Below are positions 1 to 8,649 of a DNA stretch of 32,000 bases, piece after piece. Source of the stretch: Candidatus Saccharimonadota bacterium (GTDB taxonomy: Bacteria > Patescibacteriota > Saccharimonadia > Saccharimonadales > UBA4665); the NCBI GenBank assembly GCA_002952755.1, contig CP025011.1, positions 1,350,001-1,382,000 of the forward strand, read 5' to 3'. Position 1 is the stretch's first letter. Each line of letters begins with the position of its first letter. Under the pieces are notes generated by a model. The model was given only the letters and a program-made list of their open reading frames with translations. It searched no databases and was not told where the DNA came from. Made by a program: the position numbers and the translations under genes.

Positions 1-1
1 C

Positions 2-334
2 CTATTCTAATCCTGCAATTATTTGTTGCACGCTCGCCGAAAGTAACGCAACGTCGATAGCGCTAAACAGACCATGCTTACTTGCTTCGATGATGTCCTG
101 CTGTAATTGCTCTAACCGTTTGGTGGCTAGGCGGGCGGCCTTTGTTTGCAAGGCTCGGCTTTCAGCATACTCATACTCCTGAGTTTCGAGTCGGGCGTCG
201 ATAGCCTGCTGCTTGATGCGGCGCATTAATTCTTGCTCAACATGGCCAAGTGTATCAATATCTGCGTTCGACGCGATATATGCCAGTTGTCTTTCCAGCT
301 CCCTAGTCTGAGTAAGCAGTGATATGTACGCCAC
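2..334 (-). CDS. hypothetical coiled-coil-like protein, C-terminus cut by window edge
   Basis: ORF open to the left window edge with a GTG start at 332-334, 13 nt downstream of the rpsR stop, so probably co-transcribed. The sequence is Q/E/L/A-rich and heptad-like. It does not resemble L9 (rplI), which often follows rpsR. Confidence 0.4.
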   Translation of the reverse strand: MAYISLLTQTRELERQLAYIASNADIDTLGHVEQELMRRIKQQAIDARLETQEYEYAESRALQTKAARLATKRLEQLQQDIIEASKHGLFSAIDVALLSASVQQIIAGLE

Positions 335-347
335 CTATCCTCCCCTG

Positions 348-551
348 TTAGCTATTTGCAACAAACGGCAGGAGCGCAAGGTGACGGGCGCGCTTGATAG
401 CAACGCTCAAACGGCGTTGCTGGCTCTCGGTAAGGCCGGTCTTTTTGCGGGTCTCGATCTGCCCGTACATGTTTACGAAACGCTGCAACGTTTTGACATC
501 CTTATAGTCAAAAAACGGAATGTCTGTTTTGTGCTTAAAAATTTTAGCCAT
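348..551 (-). CDS. rpsR: 30S ribosomal protein S18
   Basis: 67 aa with S18-typical segments ([31 protein letters not shown]). Sits in the conserved rpsF-ssb-rpsR context. GAAGGA lies 9 nt upstream of the ATG. Confidence 0.9.
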   Translation of the reverse strand: MAKIFKHKTDIPFFDYKDVKTLQRFVNMYGQIETRKKTGLTESQQRRLSVAIKRARHLALLPFVANS

Positions 552-582
552 GCTTATGATCCTTCTATGCTTATTGCTCTGG

Positions 583-603
583 ATTCCGGATCAAGTCCGG
601 AAT
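583..603 (-). other. intercistronic stem-loop between ssb and rpsR
   Basis: Perfect 8-bp stem ATTCCGGA / TCCGGAAT with a 5-nt loop. No U-tract follows, so it is not a classical terminator. Confidence 0.3.
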
Positions 604-627
604 GACAATATTTGCTGTTAAACCTTA

Positions 628-1098
628 CTAGAATGGGATGTCGTCGAGGTTGATCGGTTCGTCGCCGATGTCGTCTACAACATCATCCTTCTTTTGGGTG
701 GCTGGCTTGGTCGGAGCAGGTGCGGTGCTGCCCGTGGGGCCGCTATAGCCGCTGCTGGAGCCGCCTGCGCCGCCGCCTACAAAGTTAAAGTCTTCGACAA
801 TAACTTCGATTTTGCTGTGCTTTTGGCCGTCTTTCTCCCAAGCGCGCTGCTCCAGACGACCGCTCACCAAAATAGGACGGCCTTTTTGGACATATTGGGC
901 GATAATTTCGCCCGTTTTGCCCCATGCCACACAATCGATGTAGCTGACACTCTCTTGCTGGTTCCCGTCGGCACCCCGCCAAGTACGGTTGACTGCCAAT
1001 CCAAAACTGGCAACCGACTGGCCGCTTGGTGTATTGCGGACCTCTGGGTCGCGCGTCAGATTACCCATCAGGATAACTTTGTTAAACCCCTTCGCCAT
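628..1098 (-). CDS. ssb: single-stranded DNA-binding protein
   Basis: OB-fold N-terminus (NKVILMGNLTRDPE...), Gly/Ser/Pro-rich linker, and the acidic C-terminal tip DDIPF typical of bacterial SSB. Confidence 0.95.
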   Translation of the reverse strand: MAKGFNKVILMGNLTRDPEVRNTPSGQSVASFGLAVNRTWRGADGNQQESVSYIDCVAWGKTGEIIAQYVQKGRPILVSGRLEQRAWEKDGQKHSKIEVIVEDFNFVGGGAGGSSSGYSGPTGSTAPAPTKPATQKKDDVVDDIGDEPINLDDIPF

Positions 1099-1130
1099 TG
1101 TATCCCCCTCGCCTTGTTCTTAAGAAAGGC

Positions 1131-1511
1131 TTATTCTTCGGTTTTTTCTTCTGAGTCGGCTGCTTCGCCGCGTTCGGCTGCCCGCTTGGCTTTTTCGGCT
1201 TTCATAGCTTCGGCCTTGGCGATTGCCTTCAGGTCGGGACGGGTAATCAGGAAACGGATTACTTCATCAGTAATGTTCAAGGTACTTTCTACCTTGCGGA
1301 CTGTTTCTGGTGGGAAGTCGACGCTGTAGATAACATATACTGCAGATTCGTTCTTTTTGATAGGGTACGCTAATTTGCGCTTGCCCCAGTTGTCGACATG
1401 GGTCACTTTGCCCTGGTTGTCGGTAAAAATTTTTTCAACCTTAGTGGTCGCTTTTTCCAGATCGATTTCGAGATCTGGGTGGTACAGAACCGCTATTTCG
1501 TATTGGTTCAT
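1131..1511 (-). CDS. rpsF: 30S ribosomal protein S6
   Basis: 126 aa with an S6-like core (YEIAVLYHPD..., WGKRKLAYPI) and a charged C-terminal tail. Strong AGGAGG lies 5 nt upstream of the ATG. First gene of the rpsF-ssb-rpsR unit. Confidence 0.9.
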   Translation of the reverse strand: MNQYEIAVLYHPDLEIDLEKATTKVEKIFTDNQGKVTHVDNWGKRKLAYPIKKNESAVYVIYSVDFPPETVRKVESTLNITDEVIRFLITRPDLKAIAKAEAMKAEKAKRAAERGEAADSEEKTEE

Positions 1512-1592
1512 TGTTCCTCCTATGGAATTCGCTTTTATGCGAATGTATGCAAGACAAAATCCTCACACACAGGTTAGTTAATAACAGAGATA

Positions 1593-1622
1593 ATTATACT
1601 ATAAAGAAGTAGTCTTTGGCAA
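1593..1622 (-). promoter_or_regulatory. putative sigma70-type promoter of rpsF-ssb-rpsR
   Basis: On the minus strand: TTGCCA (1622-1617), 18-nt spacer, TATAAT (1598-1593), about 80 nt upstream of the rpsF ATG. Confidence 0.4.
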
Positions 1623-1662
1623 ATATAGGCACGCTGTTGGCTGCATTATACTCCGCTTCAGA

Positions 1663-3585
1663 CTACAGCCGAATGCTGCCATCTTGATTATCCGGAAGAC
1701 CCAACCTCTCCCTTGCCCGCCGGGTCTTACTGTTCTGGGCAAACCCATAAGCCGTGGCAGACAGTAACAGGAAAGAAAGTCCCTCAAGATACGGTAAAGA
1801 CGTACGTGATACTTCATGTATCACTGTAGAAATATGCGTGCCTGGCGACACCAGCTTAGCATGGCTTAAAAAGGATGCTGTAAAGCCAGGGCAGGATTGC
1901 TCCATATAAAATAATATCGCTTCTTGTTTCTCGAATAGGGTCGAATCCTCGGTGCCCAAAGTGGGATTCTCGGTCATAAGGGTCTCATTTGTCATCGCAA
2001 CGTCTTCTTGGTCAGAGCTATTGCCATATTGGTCATCTGTCACAGTATTGCCATCGATAGTGGTCTTCGAATGGGAAGCCTTAGCATACCCAGCGTAGGT
2101 AAAACCCTTAGGGTTAAGGCCGGCAACCATAGAAGACAGCTTATTGGGCGGAAAGGCGCCAAAACCGCTCATATCGTAGTCGTGGCCATTCTCGTGCGCC
2201 ACCACATAGTCGTTGTTATGTTTCGTGGGTATAACGATATACGCCCCTTGTAGCCCCTGGGCGGGACTGAAATAGCCATCTGGATCATGTACACCATTGT
2301 CTGAGGCGCCCTTTATCTCTCCCACCAAATTGTATTGTAGTGGCCGCATATTTTTTGCGAGGTCATGTTGATCAAGCAGATTATAAAACTTAAGTATGCT
2401 TTCGACAGCCCTCTTGCTGTCAGCTATAGAAGCGTTGGGTGTATACGTATAATCCGGATTTAGGTTCGCACTTGCGACAGCATTGAAATCAATCGTAATG
2501 GGCAAATCCTTGATAGTCTTTTTGAATGCTATGGCAAGGTCTGCGTAGCTGGCCGCATTCTGCACAGCGGCAAAATCAGCTGGACTAATCCAATTGTCAT
2601 GATAATTATGAGCGAGCGCTTCAGCCTGTAATGCTGCCTTGTCGCCTTTTAGATAGGAGCCAAACGCCTGGCGCGAGCGGGCCAATGTATCGGCGTCGAA
2701 AAACTCCTCTGCTTGATACACGCCATTTTGTTCGTCTGTTCCTGCCGGTAGCACCATCTCCTGAGCTGTATGCATTTTCTTGAGATGCTGTGGTTCGTGT
2801 GAATTGTGGGCGGCAGCGCCCGTTGCAACAAGACTGACCGCCGCTATCGCACCTATCTTCCGCGCCCGTTTACGAATAAAAGCACGGACGCGCCCCTCCT
2901 CAGCACCTGTAGCTGCTCGCTCGGTATCAGTTGGTTTAGGACGAATAATCCATGCCTGTGCCGCACTATCTTTCGTAGCTCTATCTGCTTCTGACCGTAT
3001 AGTTAACATAGACTGTCCGTTTTTGGCAGGTATTGTTGCTACGTCTTTGACCTCCACTGTCATACGCGAGAGTAAGGCGCGGCCTGGATCTACCCAGTGC
3101 GGCGAGCTCTCATCACCACCACGGGCACCAGATATATCTTCTAAGTACTGACTTCTTGTTCTGCCCCCATCGTCTACAATAAGTTGAATAGCACCAACCT
3201 CTTTGGGGCTGGTCCCGCTCGCTTTGCCATGGATAATAACAGCCAAGGGCGTTACGCCTTCTCGGCTAGTGCGAGGAAGTCCTAGAGAAGACAGATCAAG
3301 GGCTGTTTCGACCTTTCCGTGTCTATAAGGGAGGTTGATTTGAGCCCCCGCACTGAACGGTAATTCAATAGAGTCTGCCTGAGGCTCAGAAAGTCGGCCC
3401 TCGATCCCAGCAACCACGGCGCTCAAAGCTGCTTGATGATTTTCTACATACACATCTAAGGCCTTCATGGCGCTTTCGTCCTCACCCTCAAATGCAGCAG
3501 AACTGAGGTCGCGTAGTCCCGCCTCAAAATCCTGTCGGGTTAAGTTGGGAACGCCTGCGAGGCTGGTTTCTGGTATATGATTCAT
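1663..3585 (-). CDS. membrane protein with HExxH (zincin-like) motif, function unknown
   Basis: Long ORF. Hydrophobic segment IGAIAAVSLVATGAAA near aa 250 (numbered from the 3585 start). HENGH motif within VVAHENGHDYD. Second hydrophobic segment LSFLLLSATAYGFA near the C-terminus, followed by a basic tail. I chose the ATG at 3585 (MNHIPE...) because the ATG at 3630 lies inside the spacer of the predicted promoter. Confidence 0.6.
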   Translation of the reverse strand: MNHIPETSLAGVPNLTRQDFEAGLRDLSSAAFEGEDESAMKALDVYVENHQAALSAVVAGIEGRLSEPQADSIELPFSAGAQINLPYRHGKVETALDLSSLGLPRTSREGVTPLAVIIHGKASGTSPKEVGAIQLIVDDGGRTRSQYLEDISGARGGDESSPHWVDPGRALLSRMTVEVKDVATIPAKNGQSMLTIRSEADRATKDSAAQAWIIRPKPTDTERAATGAEEGRVRAFIRKRARKIGAIAAVSLVATGAAAHNSHEPQHLKKMHTAQEMVLPAGTDEQNGVYQAEEFFDADTLARSRQAFGSYLKGDKAALQAEALAHNYHDNWISPADFAAVQNAASYADLAIAFKKTIKDLPITIDFNAVASANLNPDYTYTPNASIADSKRAVESILKFYNLLDQHDLAKNMRPLQYNLVGEIKGASDNGVHDPDGYFSPAQGLQGAYIVIPTKHNNDYVVAHENGHDYDMSGFGAFPPNKLSSMVAGLNPKGFTYAGYAKASHSKTTIDGNTVTDDQYGNSSDQEDVAMTNETLMTENPTLGTEDSTLFEKQEAILFYMEQSCPGFTASFLSHAKLVSPGTHISTVIHEVSRTSLPYLEGLSFLLLSATAYGFAQNSKTRRARERLGLPDNQDGSIRL

Positions 3586-3612
3586 CTTTTTATTTTTATT
3601 AACACTGCATAT

Positions 3613-3641
3613 ATTTAAGCACATTAACATATATAGGTCAA
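3613..3641 (-). promoter_or_regulatory. putative promoter of the HExxH membrane protein gene
   Basis: On the minus strand: TTGACC (3641-3636), 17-nt spacer, TTAAAT (3618-3613), about 28 nt upstream of the ATG at 3585. Confidence 0.35.
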
Positions 3642-3680
3642 TATATAAGACACCCTACTTGTATATCGATCAAATAAAAA

Positions 3681-5846
3681 CTATGCTTCTTCGGGGACTT
3701 CAGAAGAGATGCCCTCGGCTGGAGAGCCGAAGACTTCGTCAAGGCTGCTGACCAGTACCTCACGAGGACGGGCACCATCTGCCGGGCCGACAATGCCCTG
3801 CTCTTCCATAGTTTCGACTAGGCGAGCGGCACGGCCGTAGCCAATGCGTAAGCGGCGCTGCAGCAGGCTGGTGCTTGCCTTGTGGCCTTCGATCACTACA
3901 CGGACGGCGTCGCGGAACATGTCATCGTCAGCGTCTGAGCCGCCCATGTCTGCTACCACGCCACCTTTACCATTCAACTGTACAGGCTGAGAAATGATCT
4001 CGTCGTCGTACTGTGGCGGACGCTGCATACGGATAAAGTCGGTCACCTTGATGGTTTCATCATCGCTAATAAAAGCACCCTGCACACGCTTCGGCTTGGG
4101 CATATCGGCTGTCAGCAGTAGCATGTCACCTTGGCCCAGGAGTTTTTCAGAACCAATCTGGTCGATAATAGTACGAGAGTCTACCTGACTTGCAGTCGTA
4201 AAGGCGATACGTGCCGGCACATTAGCCTTAATGAGACCGGTAATGACGTCCACCGACGGACGCTGTGTGGCCAGCACCAAGTGGATACCAACAGCACGGG
4301 CCTTTTGGGCAATACGCACGATCAGTGCTTCAACATCGCGGGCAGCCATCATCATGAGGTCGGCCAACTCATCGATGACAATGACAATATACGGCATGCC
4401 CTCTTCTTTTTTAACGAGGTTGTACTCGGCGATATTGCGCTTGCTGACATCGGCCAGGGCCTTGTAGCGGCGCTCCATTTCGGCCACCGCCCACTTAAGA
4501 GCGCTAATACACTTCTCCGGTTCAGTGATAACTGGTGTAAGCAAGTGTGGGACGTCGTCGTAGGGCTTTAGTTCAACCTGCTTGGGGTCTACTAGGATCA
4601 TCTTCAAATCTGATGGACTATTGCGGTACAGTAAGCTTGTAAGAATCGTGTTAATCATCACTGATTTACCGGAGCCAGTCTGACCGGCGACTAGTAAGTG
4701 CGGCATTTTGGCTAAGTCGGCCACCACTGGCTTGCCTGCAATATCGCGGCCAATGGCGAAGCCAAGCGGGCCTTTTATGTCGGTCCAGTCGTGGGATTCC
4801 AGCAGTGAACGTAAACGTACAGTGGCCGACTTCACGTTTGGCACTTCGATACCCACTGCGCGCTTGCCGGGGATGGGGGCTTCCATCCGAATGGAATGCG
4901 CTGCCAGGTCGAGCGATAGATTATTTTCCAGTGCAGTGATTTTGGTAAGCTTGACGTTGGCGGGCGGCTTCAGAGTGTATTGGGTAACTCGTGGACCAAC
5001 GTTAGCGCCCTCCATTTCAACATCAATATTGAAGTTCATGAAAGTTTCTTTAATGAGCTGTGCGTTGGCATTGACGTCGCCAGCATCGGCCTTATCCTGC
5101 TTGGCATCAAGCAAGTCTACCCCAGGAAATTTCCAATTAGGGTCGCTGGCCAGTGTTAGGGCCTCATGATCTTCAGATGGTGCGAGTTTTTCGGCTGTGT
5201 TGCGCAGGCCAGTAAATTGCTTGGCATTATGGTGCTCTACCGGTACGCCTTCATTGAGTTTAAAACCGCTCGACTCAGCACGAGCGCGCAGATCGCTGAG
5301 CTCCGACTCCGCTTGCCGCTTCTTGAATAATCTACCGAGGCCAAGCACTACTTTCGGCGAAATGCCGAAGGCAAAGAAGAATGACAGCCCAGCGAAGACG
5401 GCAAACAGCAGCGATGCGGGAAAACTATCGAGCGCTTGCAAAACAGCTGCGCCAACGAGCTGACCAGACTGACCGCCATGGCCGTCTACCCATATGCCTG
5501 CTTGCTTGCTAGCAAAAGCAGTAAATAACCAGCTAGCCGTGAAGAGCAAAACGCCAAATATACTGACCAGCTTGCTGAGAGGGATACGGCGATCTTCGCT
5601 CCTAAATTTGTACGCCCCCCAATAGACAAGCACAAAGGGCAACAGATATGCCGCCCAACCGAATGTCCAATACGCCCCATGGAACAAACCTTTTGGCAAG
5701 GCACCACCAGTGCCAAAGCCACCAAAGAGCAAAAATAGTGCAGTTACGCAGAGCAGAATGCCCCCTGAAAGTTGCCAAAACGGCGACGGTTCGCGGACTT
5801 CTTCTACCTTCTTACGACCCTTGGACGATTTTTTCTTTTTTGCCAT
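3681..5846 (-). CDS. ftsK: DNA translocase FtsK/SpoIIIE
   Basis: N-terminal multi-TM region, linker, motor domain with Walker A GQTGSGKS and a Walker B-like VIVIDELADL, and a C-terminal winged-helix gamma domain (SLLQRRLRIGYGRAARLVE.ME..GIV). Confidence 0.95.
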   Translation of the reverse strand: MAKKKKSSKGRKKVEEVREPSPFWQLSGGILLCVTALFLLFGGFGTGGALPKGLFHGAYWTFGWAAYLLPFVLVYWGAYKFRSEDRRIPLSKLVSIFGVLLFTASWLFTAFASKQAGIWVDGHGGQSGQLVGAAVLQALDSFPASLLFAVFAGLSFFFAFGISPKVVLGLGRLFKKRQAESELSDLRARAESSGFKLNEGVPVEHHNAKQFTGLRNTAEKLAPSEDHEALTLASDPNWKFPGVDLLDAKQDKADAGDVNANAQLIKETFMNFNIDVEMEGANVGPRVTQYTLKPPANVKLTKITALENNLSLDLAAHSIRMEAPIPGKRAVGIEVPNVKSATVRLRSLLESHDWTDIKGPLGFAIGRDIAGKPVVADLAKMPHLLVAGQTGSGKSVMINTILTSLLYRNSPSDLKMILVDPKQVELKPYDDVPHLLTPVITEPEKCISALKWAVAEMERRYKALADVSKRNIAEYNLVKKEEGMPYIVIVIDELADLMMMAARDVEALIVRIAQKARAVGIHLVLATQRPSVDVITGLIKANVPARIAFTTASQVDSRTIIDQIGSEKLLGQGDMLLLTADMPKPKRVQGAFISDDETIKVTDFIRMQRPPQYDDEIISQPVQLNGKGGVVADMGGSDADDDMFRDAVRVVIEGHKASTSLLQRRLRIGYGRAARLVETMEEQGIVGPADGARPREVLVSSLDEVFGSPAEGISSEVPEEA

Positions 5847-5896
5847 ATGTGTTTGTATTATATCAGCTCTCTTGGAAAGCTAAACTAACACCTTAC

Positions 5897-5925
5897 ATTA
5901 TAGCAAAAATTACAACTTATGTCAA
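5897..5925 (-). promoter_or_regulatory. consensus sigma70-type promoter upstream of ftsK
   Basis: On the minus strand: perfect TTGACA (5925-5920), 17-nt spacer, perfect TATAAT (5902-5897), about 50 nt upstream of the ftsK ATG. Confidence 0.5.
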
Positions 5926-5950
5926 AACCACGCCACTTTTGGTCTGATTG

Positions 5951-8041
5951 CTAATCGACGCGGGCGTCTTGGCCGAGGAGCTTTTCGCGCATGCGCTGGA
6001 AGCGTTCTTGTTGATCGATCACTTGTTCTTCAACGGGCTTGATTTCCTGCTGACCGCCGCTACCCTGCTGTTGTTGCTGGCCAGACTTGCCTTCGCCTTT
6101 GGCGCTAATAACATTAACGACGGGGATAACGATAGGGCTACGCTGAGTTTGCTCAAATAAATAATGCGTGACATGGTCCTTAAGTTCGGCCTTAAAACGA
6201 TCGAGATCGACACGCTTGAAGCGTTGGGCTACAGCACGACGAAGTTCGCCTCGCAGTCCATTCATCAACTCTTCGTTGTCGCGCATATAGATGTAGCCGC
6301 GGCTAATAATGTCCGGGCTGGTGAGCAAATTGCCGGTTCGCTTATCTACAGTGAGAACAACCGCCACTAAACCTTCCTCGGCCATGAGCACACGGTCTTT
6401 GACGACGATGTTATTTACGATGGCGCCGGTTTGGTCTACCAGCGTGGTGCCATGCGGTACTTCACCGATAACCTCCATCTTGTCTGGAGTAAACGCGACA
6501 ACCTGGCCGTTATCAATGTTGAGACTATTAGCCCGCGGAACGCCGCGCCGCACTGCCTCTTCGATATGATATTTCTTTGACCGATAGGCGCCGTAGATAG
6601 GCAGGAAGAATTTGGGACGCGTCATGTCAATCATATCGCCATATTCTTCCAGGCTGGCGTGGCCGGAAACGTGCAGCGGGCCACAGCCGTCGATATCGCG
6701 GGTGGCGTGACGATAGACATGCACCTGCTTTTTCATAAGATCATCCACCATATCGCCAATAGCTTTGTCGTTGCCGCTTTCTGGAATAGGCGTGCTAGAT
6801 AAGACAACAGTGTCCTGCCCCTTCAGCTTGATGTACTTGTGATCGCCGGAGGCCATACGCTGCAAAGCGGAGCTGGGCTCACCTTGAGAACCAGTACACA
6901 CAACAACGATTTCTTCGTCCCGCATGCTGGCGACATTGGCAATGGGCACAAACGTACCTTTTGGAATACGAATCATACCGAGTTTGACAGCAACTTCGAG
7001 AGTGCTCATCATGCTACGGCCGTCCATAGCAATCTTGCGGCCGTGATGAGTAGCAGCATTGACCAGCATCTGAATACGATTGATGTTACTAGAAAACACC
7101 GCGACAAAAATACGGCCAGGGGCGCGGCTAAAGAGATCAACGAAGGTGGGTTCAATAGTACTCTCTGATGGGGTACGGCCGGGTCGTTCGGAAGTAGTGC
7201 TGTCGCTCATGAGTAGCAAGACGCCTTCGTCACCGAGTTGTGTAAGGCGGTCTGTATCGGAACGCTCGTGATCGAGCGGGTTGGGGTCGAGACGGAAATC
7301 GCCGGTGTTAATAATGCGCCCCACAGGCGTATCGAGCACCACACAAGTAGAACCCGGGATGGAGTGTGTAACGCGTACCAGTTCAACGAAAAATGGACCG
7401 ACTTTGAGACGCTCGTGGGTTTCTTCGTTCATAATGATCGTTTTGAGCTCGAAGCCTTCGGGCATAGGCAAGCCAAAGTTTTCGAACACCTTTTCGGTCA
7501 TACCAATAGTAAAACGCGAACCGTAAATCGGCGCAGGAACACGCGGCACAATATGCGGTAGCCCGCCAATGTGGTCGAGGTGGCCGTGGGTAATAATATA
7601 GGCACGTAGCTTATGGCGAATAGTCTCCAGGTACGCGATATCAGCGATGCCGTAATTGATGCCGGGCAGATCGACACCAAGGTCGTTGCCACAGTCGATC
7701 ACCACGGCGTCGTCCATGTACTCCACCAGAATCATGTTCTTAGAACCGCCGCCGTCCATACCACCTAAGCCAATGATTTTGAGGCGGGGACTGTCGTCGA
7801 TGAAATTAGCCCGGCGCTCGGGCTGCATATTGGCGGCGGCATACTGATTGGCAATCTTTTGCGCGTCGGCTTGCGAGCGTTTCTGGGCACGTACCGCAGC
7901 ACCACGCGACATGCTAGCATTGGGCACATTCAGCGGGGAAGGATTGTTTGAAGCGCCACCTCGTCGTTGGCCGCCCGGTGCGCCTCCGCGCTTAGGGCGA
8001 TTATTATTTCTTTGATTATTTGCGTTCGGGTTGTCGCTCAT
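5951..8041 (-). CDS. rnj: ribonuclease J (metallo-beta-lactamase / beta-CASP family)
   Basis: HGHLDHIGG metal-binding motif and RNase J-like core length and order. It also carries an N/R/G-rich N-terminal extension and a Q-rich C-terminal tail. Confidence 0.9.
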   Translation of the reverse strand: MSDNPNANNQRNNNRPKRGGAPGGQRRGGASNNPSPLNVPNASMSRGAAVRAQKRSQADAQKIANQYAAANMQPERRANFIDDSPRLKIIGLGGMDGGGSKNMILVEYMDDAVVIDCGNDLGVDLPGINYGIADIAYLETIRHKLRAYIITHGHLDHIGGLPHIVPRVPAPIYGSRFTIGMTEKVFENFGLPMPEGFELKTIIMNEETHERLKVGPFFVELVRVTHSIPGSTCVVLDTPVGRIINTGDFRLDPNPLDHERSDTDRLTQLGDEGVLLLMSDSTTSERPGRTPSESTIEPTFVDLFSRAPGRIFVAVFSSNINRIQMLVNAATHHGRKIAMDGRSMMSTLEVAVKLGMIRIPKGTFVPIANVASMRDEEIVVVCTGSQGEPSSALQRMASGDHKYIKLKGQDTVVLSSTPIPESGNDKAIGDMVDDLMKKQVHVYRHATRDIDGCGPLHVSGHASLEEYGDMIDMTRPKFFLPIYGAYRSKKYHIEEAVRRGVPRANSLNIDNGQVVAFTPDKMEVIGEVPHGTTLVDQTGAIVNNIVVKDRVLMAEEGLVAVVLTVDKRTGNLLTSPDIISRGYIYMRDNEELMNGLRGELRRAVAQRFKRVDLDRFKAELKDHVTHYLFEQTQRSPIVIPVVNVISAKGEGKSGQQQQQGSGGQQEIKPVEEQVIDQQERFQRMREKLLGQDARVD

Positions 8042-8076
8042 ATAGTAGTTATGTCCTTTCGTTTGCTGAGTAAAAG

Positions 8077-8649
8077 TTACTTGTCTTTCTTAGCGAATGT
8101 CGCGACTTGCTGGAAGTCATGCAATAAAGTTTGGCGCATTGAGCCGTTGTACAAAGCTACAGCTGGGTGATACAAGGGCAACAATGTATACCCTTCCCAC
8201 TGTTGCGGTACACCGTGAGCCTTGCTAATCTGCAGCTCCGGCAGAAAGCAATTGGCCGCATGCCTCCCCAAAGCGACAATCAATTGTGGCGCAATAACCT
8301 CCAGCTGAGCTGACAAATACGGCCAAAAGGCAGCTTTTTCGTCAGGTCGTGGGTCGCGGTTATCTGGCGGCCGGTACTTGAGAATGCTAGTGATATACAC
8401 ATCCTCGCGTTTTAAGCCGATGCTTTCGAGCAATTGGTCAAGCACTTTGCCGGCAGGACCGATGAACGGACGGCCAGTAAGGTCTTCTTGCTTGCCCGGC
8501 GCTTCGCCGATAAAAATGATCTTGGCATCGGGATTACCTTCACCGAATACCAGGTCGTTGGCTGTTTTGGCCAAGTCGGGGCAGACATTCTTGGAGCGAA
8601 TCTCTGCGGCGATCTGATCAAGTTGCGCCTGTTTATCGGCCTTAGCCAC
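8077..8649 (-). CDS. uracil-DNA glycosylase, family 4-like
   Basis: LVFGEGNPDAKIIFIGEAPG..ED..GRPF.G.AG..L motif A and HPA motif B (LYHPAVALY). GTG start overlaps the upstream ORF stop (GTGGCTAA). Confidence 0.85.
   Translation of the reverse strand: MAKADKQAQLDQIAAEIRSKNVCPDLAKTANDLVFGEGNPDAKIIFIGEAPGKQEDLTGRPFIGPAGKVLDQLLESIGLKREDVYITSILKYRPPDNRDPRPDEKAAFWPYLSAQLEVIAPQLIVALGRHAANCFLPELQISKAHGVPQQWEGYTLLPLYHPAVALYNGSMRQTLLHDFQQVATFAKKDK

Noticed and set aside
694-1329. 211-aa plus-strand ORF spanning ssb and rpsF
   Set aside because: It is antisense to two strongly recognisable conserved genes. It is an Ala/Gly/Arg-rich shadow of their codon bias, with no RBS and no recognisable motif.
1599-1817. 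72-aa minus-strand ORF at the 3' end of the HExxH protein gene
   Set aside because: It overlaps the longer coherent ORF out of frame and runs into the rpsF promoter region. Its Cys/Arg-rich composition is typical of spurious ORFs.
3586-3630. 15-codon N-terminal extension (MLMCLNICSVNKNKK) of the HExxH protein ORF
   Set aside because: The ATG at 3630 lies inside the spacer of the best promoter candidate (TTGACC-17-TTAAAT). The downstream ATG at 3585 is more consistent, though this is unproven.
3994-5725. Several 64-153-aa ORFs overlapping ftsK (plus-strand antisense ORFs and one out-of-frame minus-strand ORF at 5486-5725)
   Set aside because: All lie within a gene with unambiguous FtsK motifs. 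They have low-complexity Ser/Arg/Ala composition and no independent signals.
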